From contig JAJRZD010000098.1 of the NCBI GenBank assembly GCA_024275415.1, forward strand, positions 1 through 13,532: a DNA stretch of 13,532 nucleotides, written 5' to 3'. Position numbers and translations under genes: made by a program. Source of the DNA: an archaeon. Lineage in GTDB: Archaea; Asgardarchaeota; Thorarchaeia; Thorarchaeales; Thorarchaeaceae. The notes under the pieces are model-generated. The model had not been told where the DNA came from. It searched no databases and saw only the letters and a program-made list of their open reading frames with translations. Positions 1 through 7,487 of the stretch are shown here, in pieces (position 1 is the first letter of the stretch; the number at the start of each line of letters is the position of its first letter).

Positions 1-1219
1 CTCCGAGCAGCCTCACACGGTTGCCCAGCTTGTACAGAGGCTCGGCGAAAATAGTAGGAACCGGAGGTTTCGGAACAGCCTGCCTAGAGGCGTCGTGATT
101 CCCAGGGATTGTGATGACAGTGACACGTTTGTTCAGACGGCGGAGTTTCTTAGCTAGAAAGGCATACTGCTCAATGACATCGGGGATTTGTAGGTTCTTC
201 TCCTGATCCGGATAGACACCAATCCCGTCCACAAGATCGCCTGCGATGAAGAGATACTCTGTCTTCCGGACAAGATCCTTGTCGGTTCCATCTACATCCT
301 TGCCATTGAGCCAGTCAATAAAAGTGTCAAACTCGTCCTCCAGAAATTCCTCGCTCCCACAATGAATGTCGGAAATGAAGGCAGCATATACCTCCCTCTT
401 TGCACGTCCCAAGGTTCTTGCGGTCGGGATATCTGGAAAGAGAATATTGTTTGCAATCATGCGACCATCTTGGTCAATATAACCGGAGATGCAGATTGGC
501 TCATCAAGCAGGATTGAGTTTCCTTTCTCAAGAAGATGCGCGCTCTCAAACCCTTCTCTACCTACAGGGATTATACAAGTTATGGAATCCTCTTCGTCTT
601 CGAGTTCGATGATGATGTTTCGGGAACGCGACACGTTTTTGTCAGCGACAATGCCAAAGACCGTCTGCATTATACGCCGTTGTGATTTGCCACCTTCCTT
701 CCGAACCAATCGTGCTCTCTTTGCGTCATATCGTAATGCCTTTGCGTCCTTTGGAGTCAATGCGGTTTGCGTGTCAATGCGAGACATGTAGATTCTCTTT
801 ATCCGTTCAAAGCGATCCTTGAACAGAGCATGAAAGTCCTCAATGGTTCCTGCTGAACCGACCTTGTCGAACGCGGGATTCTTTAGGATATGAATTCTCT
901 CTTCTGGTGCGGGCTCAGTTGTTCTGGTTGGCTCCATCTGTACATGGTCGGGCTCCAGAGAGGCAGACTTGGGTGGTTTGATAACGATAGTAGTATTGGA
1001 TCCGTGGTCGATGAGTCTGACTAGAAACTCCCGTGAGATAATAGAAGGTATATCGGATTTAGAGTGCCCTCTCACAATCATTTGTACGATATCTTCAGGA
1101 TTTTTGAAACTTGCGATATAGTCCAGCGCATCTGGAGATACCTGATATCCTGACGAGATAAGTGTGTGCAGGATAGTTCGTCTGGTTGTCTGAGTCAAGT
1201 GGTCACCAAGATTAGACAT
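1..1219 (-). CDS. polB: DNA polymerase II (PolD) small subunit DP1, 3' end truncated by the window edge
   Basis: Manual minus-strand translation (absent from the ORF track): MSNLGDHLTQTTRRTILHTLISSGYQVSPDALDY...; phosphoesterase motifs AFISDIHCGSEEF, LFIAGDLVDGIGVYPDQ and TIPGNHDASRQAVPKP. Start is ATG at 1219 or TTG at 1198 (GGTGA upstream of the TTG). Confidence 0.95.
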   Translation of the reverse strand, partial: MSNLGDHLTQTTRRTILHTLISSGYQVSPDALDYIASFKNPEDIVQMIVRGHSKSDIPSIISREFLVRLIDHGSNTTIVIKPPKSASLEPDHVQMEPTRTTEPAPEERIHILKNPAFDKVGSAGTIEDFHALFKDRFERIKRIYMSRIDTQTALTPKDAKALRYDAKRARLVRKEGGKSQRRIMQTVFGIVADKNVSRSRNIIIELEDEEDSITCIIPVGREGFESAHLLEKGNSILLDEPICISGYIDQDGRMIANNILFPDIPTARTLGRAKREVYAAFISDIHCGSEEFLEDEFDTFIDWLNGKDVDGTDKDLVRKTEYLFIAGDLVDGIGVYPDQEKNLQIPDVIEQYAFLAKKLRRLNKRVTVITIPGNHDASRQAVPKPPVPTIFAEPLYKLGNRVRLLG

Positions 1220-1333
1220 GAGGAATCCGTTTTAAACATCTGCTTGGTGATAAGAGATTGTCGTTGCGGTAAGTGTATTAACAGGGTCTTGTAATGTGAA
1301 TGCACATGGCGTGAAACCTTGAGGTCGAAACAT

Positions 1334-2332
1334 GTGAACGTCAGACGTCTACAGCAGACCGGTGTGCAAAAGGACAAGGACACAAAAGAAGAGAAAGGAG
1401 GGTCGTTCCTCATAATCCTGCCCAAGAAATGGGTCGCACGGCAGAACTTGAAAAAAGGAGACCCGGTTGTTGTGACTGAGCGGGAGGACGGATGCCTTAT
1501 TATCGACCCACGGTATTCCAAGACCGGTGAAACCCGTTCTACCTCCATCCCTATCGAGTCCAATCTTAGGTGGTCTATCACAAGCAAATACCTTCTAGGT
1601 TTTGATGAGATTCGCATCATATCGAAAAGTGCCTTGACGAACGAACAACGCAACGAGCTGAAGAAGATAATCAAACGATTTGTAGCGTTGGAAATCACAG
1701 ATGAAACCGAGAATGAAATCGTGATTAGATGTCTTGTTGACCCTTCAACTCTCCCTGTTGACAAGGCGATGAAACGTATGAACTTGATAGCTTCACGGAT
1801 GTTTCAAGACGCGCTGGACGCATACTTTGGGGGCCGGCGAGATTTAGCAGACACTGTTATTGACCGAGATGAGGAAGTAGACCGTCTCTTTTTCCTCATT
1901 GTAAGAGAACTACGATCGGCAATACAATATCCAAGCATGTCTGAAACAATGGGCATCAATCCTGTGGCGGCACTTGACTTTCGATTGGCAGCACAGTACA
2001 TCGAACGGATTGCGGATCTTGCTGTGGATATAGCATCAAAGACTGAGGGATCAATTAGTGAAAAGATTGCTAAGAAACTATCACCACTGGTCGAGAAGAT
2101 AAAAAGGATGCATTCCGAGTCTGTTTCAAATCTGTTCAGGTTCGACCCTGAGAAAGTGGCATGGGTCATTGCTGCCGAAAAGGAAATGATCAAGGACATT
2201 GCTAAAGTGCGAGAGGATATACTTGCTTCTCCGAATGGGGATCTCCAGAAACAACTTCAGATAGTAGACAATCTTCTTAGGATTGGCGAAGCATCAAAGG
2301 ATATCGTGGATCTTGCACTCCCCACAAATTAA
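1334..2332 (+). CDS. phoU: Phosphate uptake regulator PhoU-like protein with N-terminal AbrB/SpoVT domain
   Basis: N-terminus NVRRLQQTG...SFLIILPKKWV...LKKGDPVVV is AbrB-like. PhoU-type repeats follow (RDEEVDRLFFLIVR, AQYIERIADLAVDIA, RIGEASKDIVDL). GTG at 1334 follows GAGG. Confidence 0.85.
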   Translation: MNVRRLQQTGVQKDKDTKEEKGGSFLIILPKKWVARQNLKKGDPVVVTEREDGCLIIDPRYSKTGETRSTSIPIESNLRWSITSKYLLGFDEIRIISKSALTNEQRNELKKIIKRFVALEITDETENEIVIRCLVDPSTLPVDKAMKRMNLIASRMFQDALDAYFGGRRDLADTVIDRDEEVDRLFFLIVRELRSAIQYPSMSETMGINPVAALDFRLAAQYIERIADLAVDIASKTEGSISEKIAKKLSPLVEKIKRMHSESVSNLFRFDPEKVAWVIAAEKEMIKDIAKVREDILASPNGDLQKQLQIVDNLLRIGEASKDIVDLALPTN

Positions 2333-2344
2333 GAGTTGATTGAG

Positions 2345-3724
2345 ATGAAGATATTTGGAACAAGTGGTATCCGAGGTGGGATAGTAGAAAAAGTGACTCC
2401 GAACCTTGCTCTTGATCTGGGACGAGCACTGGGAACGTTCCTTGAGGGGAAAGGTACAGTGGGAGTTGGTACTGATGCAAGAACATCCAATGAGATGCTC
2501 AAGAATGCATTCATCAGCGGGATAGTTTCCACAGGGACTGACGTTGTGGATATTAACAGGGCTCCCATGCCGACTACAGCATCTCATAGCACGATGGAGA
2601 TAGTATCTGCCTCAGTCATCATCACTGCAAGCCACAACCCTCCCTCAGACAACGGGTTCAAGTTCTTCAGGGGAGGGCGAGAGTTCATTCGCACCGAAGA
2701 AGTCTTCTTGGAAGGTCGAGTAAAGGACAGAAACTTTCGTGTTGCAGGATGGTCGTCGATTGGGAAGGTATCTACGTGGGATATCCGCCCGAGCTATTTC
2801 AGACGCGCTCTAGATTTCGTCCTTGAGAGAGGTGAGAAGGCAGATGAGATGCGTGTCCTTGTTGATACTGCCAATGGAGCTGCCTGTGATTACACACCAC
2901 ACCTGCTCCGAGAACTTGGGTTCCGAGTGACAACTGTCAATTCCAATCCAGACGGGCATTTCCCAGGGAGACTTGCCGAGCCGTCTCCTAGCAACTTGGA
3001 GGACACCATGAGAATGGCAAGGGACGGGGATTTTGCTGTGACAATTGCTCATGATGGCGATGGGGACCGCATCGCAGTCATTGATGAGGACGGGCGGTTC
3101 ATTGACCAAAACCGAATCATTGCTCTTTTCGCAAAAGACGAAGTTGAACGAAATGGTGGAGGCAGGGTTGTCGTTTCGATAGACACCTCTAGCGTCATAG
3201 ACGAGGTCGTTTCCGCAGTGGGAGGATCAGTCGTTAGAGTCCCGCTAGGTTCATTACAAGAGACCTTTGAGCTGCCTTGGAGAGATGACATCATCTTTGC
3301 GTCAGAACCCTGGAAACCCATCTTCGTCAGGTTCGGCAGATGGATGGATGGGATTGTCGGTGCGGCACGGATATCGCAGATGGTGGCCGAGCGGGGGAAC
3401 GGTAGCTGTATCACTCTCATGAAGTCCATCCCAGAATATCCCATACTTAGGGAGAACGTGCCTTGCCCTGATGCTATCAAGCCGAAATTCCTCGCTAAGG
3501 TGAAGGAACTCTTGGTGCCCGAATTCAGTGGGATTGAGCAGATACTCGAGGAGGATGGCATTCGCATAGAGCGTAATGATGGCTCGTATGTCCTCGTTCG
3601 AGTGTCTGGGACTGAGCCAAAGGCACGACTCTATATCGGTGCAAAGACACAGAACACCCTTGACATGATTGCGGACACCGCGCGCATAATAATGAAGCAG
3701 GCACGGGATGACTTGAGTCAATGA
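2345..3724 (+). CDS. glmM: Alpha-D-phosphohexomutase (phosphoglucosamine mutase / PMM-PGM family)
   Basis: FGTSGIRG, catalytic TASHNP, metal loop HDGDGDR, phosphate-binding RVSGTEPKAR. Substrate specificity cannot be decided from sequence. Confidence 0.85.
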   Translation: MKIFGTSGIRGGIVEKVTPNLALDLGRALGTFLEGKGTVGVGTDARTSNEMLKNAFISGIVSTGTDVVDINRAPMPTTASHSTMEIVSASVIITASHNPPSDNGFKFFRGGREFIRTEEVFLEGRVKDRNFRVAGWSSIGKVSTWDIRPSYFRRALDFVLERGEKADEMRVLVDTANGAACDYTPHLLRELGFRVTTVNSNPDGHFPGRLAEPSPSNLEDTMRMARDGDFAVTIAHDGDGDRIAVIDEDGRFIDQNRIIALFAKDEVERNGGGRVVVSIDTSSVIDEVVSAVGGSVVRVPLGSLQETFELPWRDDIIFASEPWKPIFVRFGRWMDGIVGAARISQMVAERGNGSCITLMKSIPEYPILRENVPCPDAIKPKFLAKVKELLVPEFSGIEQILEEDGIRIERNDGSYVLVRVSGTEPKARLYIGAKTQNTLDMIADTARIIMKQARDDLSQ

Positions 3725-3769
3725 GAAAGATTAAAACTCGACCAATAAGGAGGAACATACCACTTTCGT

Positions 3770-3872
3770 GCCGAGGTATCCAAGTGGTTACGGAGACGGT
3801 CTCGAACTCTCAGAGATACGAGAGAACCGTTGCCCTTGTGGCTCGTGAGTTCGAATCTCATCCTCGGCGCCA
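3770..3872 (+). tRNA. tRNA-Ser(CGA) with 18-nt intron at 37/38, CCA encoded
   Basis: Acceptor GCCGAGG/CCTCGGC, D stem TCC/GGA, anticodon stem ACGGT/ACCGT, anticodon CGA at 3803-3805, long V arm GCC-CTTGT-GGC, T loop TTCGAAT, discriminator G then CCA. Confidence 0.95.
3807..3824 (+). other. tRNA-Ser intron (canonical 37/38 position, BHB)
   Basis: Central helix CTCG/CGAG with 3-nt bulges AA|C and AG|A. Confidence 0.88.
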
Positions 3873-3901
3873 TTTACTTATCTTGTGTGGACGGAGTAAA
3901 A

Positions 3902-4375
3902 GTGCATATTGAGGTACGCGACTACAGGTCAGAGGATTGGCCATTCTTGGAAGACATAATCCTGCACGCAGAGAATTTTGGAGAAGGTTTTGTGAATTAT
4001 GAGAAGCTGAGGACTGATGTCTTCCTCAAGAACCCGGAGTATGGCACAACGCTGGTCGCGTACGATACGGAGAGTGGCAAAATCGTGGGCTTTATTGCTA
4101 TCCAGTTCGAATGGATGGCTCTTGTGATCTGCTCGATCATCACGCATCACAAGCATCTGCGCCATGGTGTGGGGAGGGCCATGATCGAGAAGGTCAAGGA
4201 GATTGGACGGAGCCATCCCATCGCGGATATAATCCGAGTAGATACCGGCGATTTCATGGAGTATGCTCAGCAGTTCTATCGATCCTGTGGCTTCGAACAG
4301 GCTGCATACGTTCCGCACTACATGAGTTGGAATAACCACCAGATGATATTCGTTCAGCGGCTTCAGAGGCAATAG
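3902..4375 (+). CDS. GNAT family N-acetyltransferase
   Basis: Acetyl-CoA motif A (IITHHKHLRHGVGRAMIE) and AQQFYRSCGFE. The listed ORF start at 3830 lies inside the tRNA, so GTG 3902 after GGAG is preferred. Confidence 0.88.
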   Translation: MHIEVRDYRSEDWPFLEDIILHAENFGEGFVNYEKLRTDVFLKNPEYGTTLVAYDTESGKIVGFIAIQFEWMALVICSIITHHKHLRHGVGRAMIEKVKEIGRSHPIADIIRVDTGDFMEYAQQFYRSCGFEQAAYVPHYMSWNNHQMIFVQRLQRQ

Positions 4376-4390
4376 TGTATTGCCGCTGAA
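4353..4390. terminator. Inverted repeat across the GNAT stop codon, between convergent genes (possible terminator or RNA-stability hairpin)
   Basis: TTCAGCGGC (4353-4361) is perfectly complementary to GCCGCTGAA (4382-4390). Confidence 0.3.
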
Positions 4391-4455
4391 ACTGGAACGG
4401 CTTCAGAGAGAACGATGCGTCAGTGCTCCTGTCTGCTGATGGAGCGACATGTGGC

Positions 4456-4797
4456 CTAGAATGTCAGGACAGAATATCCCTTCTCTATGAATGACAAGAG
4501 GTCACTATGTCCGCTCAGTTCTCCCTTCAGTGGGACACCGAGATTATCAGCAGCCTGTGCTGCATCGAACATGGATGTGCATGCCTTGCAAGCGTGATCT
4601 ATTATGCCCCGCTCTATTGCCTTGTTAAATGGAGGTATGTGTATCGTACCATCGGCAATGCCAATCAGTATCTTGGGCGATGCACACTCCAAGACGACAG
4701 CCACCTCGTGCCCCTTCTCATGGAAATTATTCGCATTCAATAGCAGATGGAAGAGCTGCATCTTGTTATCGTCAGTCGCAAGAAATAATTGCTTCAT
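4456..4797 (-). CDS. DsrE/DsrF-like family protein (113 aa)
   Basis: MKQLFLATDD...FHLLLNANNFHEKGHEVAVVLE...ACKACTSMFDA...LSGHSDLLSFIEKGYSVLTF shows the DsrE-fold pattern with a CxxC. A strong SD precedes ATG 4797. Confidence 0.8.
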   Translation of the reverse strand: MKQLFLATDDNKMQLFHLLLNANNFHEKGHEVAVVLECASPKILIGIADGTIHIPPFNKAIERGIIDHACKACTSMFDAAQAADNLGVPLKGELSGHSDLLSFIEKGYSVLTF

Positions 4798-4800
4798 GGG

Positions 4801-4809
4801 ACCTCCTCC
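4801..4809 (-). promoter_or_regulatory. Shine-Dalgarno site of the DsrE-like gene
   Basis: Minus strand reads GGAGGAGGT-CCC-ATG. Confidence 0.7.
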
Positions 4810-4997
4810 TGTTACATTTGGACTCCTACGATAACTACCTTTCGAGTGTGTCAGCACATTCGACGTAACCACATACTCCTCCCAGCCCTCCAGCGAAAAA
4901 TCGTTCGACGATTCCCAAAGGGGCAAAACCATCATATCCATTCACCAGTCCACCCACATCGGCTCTTTGCGGAGGTTGCCAAGCCAGGTCAACGGCG

Positions 4998-5086
4998 CAG
5001 GGTTTAGGCCCCTGTTCAGTAGTGATTTGGGCGCTGGTATCCAGCACTCGCACGGATCGCGAGTTCGAATCTCGCCCTCCGCACCA
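4998..5086 (+). repeat. 89-bp direct repeat, copy 1 (attL; tRNA-Leu position 27 through CCA)
   Basis: Base-for-base identical to 7488-7576 (offset 2,490). Flanks differ immediately on both sides (gcg|...|ttca versus aaa|...|cctt). Confidence 0.97.
5027..5056 (+). other. Putative tRNA-Leu variable-region intron (relaxed BHB; boundaries uncertain by a few nt)
   Basis: The insertion folds as T-GGG-C-GCTGG-TAT-CCAGC-A-CTC-G. Helix AGTG/CACG has 3 of 4 pairs, with bulges AT|T and GA|T. Removal restores a 14-nt Leu-type V region TTCAGTAGTGATTC. Confidence 0.65.
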
Positions 5087-5266
5087 TTCACATCCTTCTA
5101 AGTGAAGCTATTAGATTCCTGATGTGTTATTGATTGACGAGTTATATCTTCCGCATCAGCCACGGATATCCTGAGTGTACGAGTACATATCCTCTTCGCA
5201 TAACAAGAAGGGGAGTGAACTCGACTGACCAGAAACAGGTCAGAAATTTAAAAGGATCAGCGAACA

Positions 5267-6943
5267 ATGGCACGTTCCAAGGGCGTAACGGTAGCGGTGA
5301 AGGTACCCATCAAGTGGGAGGTCATGACAGGTAGGACTCGGCAACGACTCAGACAGATTGTTGGGAGGGATACCAGAGTCGTCCGTGCGTACTTGGGGAT
5401 CATAGAACAGTATGAGGACGATCTGCTGACCGGAAAAGATAGGACAAGGCTGGATGAAGGTAGATTGGACAGGCTCACCATGACAGCACTTAAGGTGAAG
5501 GCAGGATGTGAGCGGAGAGTTACCGTCCCACATGACTTCAAGGCTCGCTTCCCAAGGGCCTCCCCAAATGAGATTGCCGAATGTCGAAAGACCGCTGTCG
5601 CACTCTATGAGAGTTACTTGAAGCTTAGAGCAAAGAAAGGTCGAGATGCTTCCCGTCCCAAGTCGGTCAATACATCAGGGAGGATACCTCGGTGGATTTA
5701 CGCCCAGCGATTCAAGCTTGTCGAGCGGAAAACTGTGGTCGCCCGATGGTGGGTCGATCTTAGGGACTCCTTGGATTCCTCATTGGAGGGAAGGGCAGTC
5801 CATGACAGGCTTAACATCCCGCTCAAGATATCCCCTTTTCATGAAGAACAAATTCAGAGGGGGAAAGTCAAGGCACTTCAAATCTTCACTGACAGGAGTG
5901 GGAAATGGTGGGCGACCTTCGCGGTTCGAATCCCAACTAATGGCATCCAAGAAAACGATCTACCCGTTGCAATCCTTGGGATTGACCTAGGAATACGCAA
6001 GGCTGTGTGTACTTCCCTTCTCACTCCAGAGAAGACACGGGAGAGTAGATTCTTTGTTCAGAGAGAGAAGGTCAGTCGTATCAGCAGATATGATGATTTG
6101 GTAGCGACATTGCAGCACGAAATGCATACCCGAAAGAACAAAGGTATTGCGTATGACCATGTTGCCAAGAAACTCCGAGCAATCAGATTCAAGCGTGAGA
6201 ATATCTCTCGCGAATATGATAGAGTGTTGGTGCGACAGCTCATCAACTATATCACAGACCTCTCTCAGAAATACACACTCTACATAGCCATTGGTCGTCT
6301 GAAGAACATTACAATGCGTGCGCGACGTGGAACCAACAAGGGAATAAGATTTCGGGCTATGGTCAATTCATGGTCCTTTGCTAGGATTACCCAGAGCCTG
6401 AAGCACGGGCTAGCCCAGATTGGATGGGTCGTGGACGGGAAAGAGCCTCGTTTCAGGGTGGTTCCAGAGGCGTGGACCTCCATCATCTGCTGGAAGTGTG
6501 GGATAAAGGGAAGAAGACCAATGCAGGACTACTTCCATTGTCCCTCCTGTGGACAGAAGACCAATGCAGACAGGAATGGAAGCGTCAACATCGCAGCACG
6601 CATGCTCACGCTCACAAAGTCATTGCACTCTGTGGGAGGACTAGGCCTGTGGGCTAGAGCTCTGGACAGGGCTCGACGTGCACGACCGAAAGCCCAGCGG
6701 AAATCGTCTTCCAAAGGGAAGTCCTTACTCCTCGCGAAGGGATCTGCATCGGAACCCGGGGAGTCCGCGGTAGCTCACTTTGCTCAGACGAGCCTCACCA
6801 GCTTCAGTGATGGGGTCGGTGAGAGTGAGGATGACCCTGCCGTGGGAAGAACTGTGGAAACCCTTGCTGTCGCCGGGAGTGATGCCCCGGCAATCGGACA
6901 GGAGGAGGAAGCCCGGTCCGGAGGAGGGATACCATCCCGATGA
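5267..6943 (+). CDS. tnpB: TnpB (IS200/IS605/IS607-type RNA-guided nuclease) with rearranged RuvC-II site
   Basis: RuvC-I ILGIDLG (D240); RuvC-II IAIGRLKNI (G343 where E is canonical); VVPEAWTS (E401); Zn finger CWKC...CPSC (C408/C411/C425/C428); RuvC-III NADRNGSVNIA (D435); low-complexity C-terminal tail of about 115 aa. Confidence 0.93.
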   Translation: MARSKGVTVAVKVPIKWEVMTGRTRQRLRQIVGRDTRVVRAYLGIIEQYEDDLLTGKDRTRLDEGRLDRLTMTALKVKAGCERRVTVPHDFKARFPRASPNEIAECRKTAVALYESYLKLRAKKGRDASRPKSVNTSGRIPRWIYAQRFKLVERKTVVARWWVDLRDSLDSSLEGRAVHDRLNIPLKISPFHEEQIQRGKVKALQIFTDRSGKWWATFAVRIPTNGIQENDLPVAILGIDLGIRKAVCTSLLTPEKTRESRFFVQREKVSRISRYDDLVATLQHEMHTRKNKGIAYDHVAKKLRAIRFKRENISREYDRVLVRQLINYITDLSQKYTLYIAIGRLKNITMRARRGTNKGIRFRAMVNSWSFARITQSLKHGLAQIGWVVDGKEPRFRVVPEAWTSIICWKCGIKGRRPMQDYFHCPSCGQKTNADRNGSVNIAARMLTLTKSLHSVGGLGLWARALDRARRARPKAQRKSSSKGKSLLLAKGSASEPGESAVAHFAQTSLTSFSDGVGESEDDPAVGRTVETLAVAGSDAPAIGQEEEARSGGGIPSR

Positions 6944-6945
6944 TG
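6600..6945 (+). ncRNA. Putative omegaRNA (reRNA) scaffold overlapping the 3' end of tnpB; boundaries approximate
   Basis: Dense hairpins in the non-domain tail: CTTCC/GGAAG, CTCACC/GGTGAG, GCCGGG/CCCGGC, CGGAC/GTCCG, GGGAT/ATCCC. omegaRNAs typically overlap tnpB 3' ends. Confidence 0.45.
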
Positions 6946-6960
6946 ACGGACAATGCCCTT

Positions 6961-7078
6961 GCTGACCTTGGGACTCTCTGGGTCTTGGGGAGTGGTGACA
7001 CTGGCAGGGGAGGGGCGGAACACAGAGGTTTCTTGCAGTTGTGGTTCACTCACCAGTCACTGCTAGAGATAGGTCAGC
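6961..7078 (+). other. 118-nt rod-like hairpin immediately downstream of tnpB
   Basis: Nested helices: 6961-6968/7071-7078 (GCTGACCT/AGGTCAGC, perfect), 6975-6979/7065-7069, 6990-6998/7050-7058 (8 of 9 pairs), 7004-7011/7029-7036 (with G-U pairs). Confidence 0.55.
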
Positions 7079-7487
7079 TAAACCTTGCGCCGTTAATTCA
7101 AAGGGCGATAAGGGTGCATAGGGGGGATGGTAGTTAGTAGTTTGGGATTGGTTTGAATATTGTTCAAGTATTCTTTAATCTCACCCAACCATTTTGAGTG
7201 ATGGGAGGACGGGTCTTCTAGACATTGCCTTTTCGATAAAATGTCTTGGAATGGGCATGATCGCCAACCCTTCCGGAAGTATTTGAATCATTAGCACCTA
7301 CTGATAGCTAAATCGCAAAATCAGAGATTCTTGATATGTTTGGTGCAGACAAAACAAAGAATGTGAAGGAAGATCTCTATCGTCCTGAAAAAGAGGGGGC
7401 GAATGATTTCTTTGGCTAGTCTGACATAAATGCTCTTGAAAGGCAACTAAATGTAAAATAGAGTCAAAATGGCAAATCGCATAGAAA

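Larger units (their letters stand above)
4969..5086 (+). tRNA. tRNA-Leu(UAG) with ~30-nt non-canonical intron in the variable region, CCA encoded; forms the intact end (attL) of the island
   Basis: Acceptor GCGGAGG/CCTCCGC, anticodon stem CAGGG/CCCTG, TAG at 5005-5007, V arm TCA-GTAG-TGA, T arm GCGAG-TTCGAAT-CTCGC, discriminator A then CCA. Confidence 0.92.

Noticed and set aside
1220-1333. Replication origin or cdc6 next to DP1, as in many Euryarchaeota
   Set aside because: The intergenic region is only about 115 bp with no ORB-like repeats, and the neighbouring gene is PhoU-like.
4358-4408. 11-bp direct repeat CGGCTTCAGAG (4358-4368 and 4398-4408) as a mini-CRISPR or target-site duplication
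   Set aside because: Only two short copies, one inside the GNAT coding sequence, with no cas genes or element between them.
5267-6943. Catalytically dead TnpB (TldR-like repressor) because RuvC-II Glu is Gly
   Set aside because: D240 and D435 are intact and a compensating Glu (E401, PEAWTS) is present, matching the rearranged active form.
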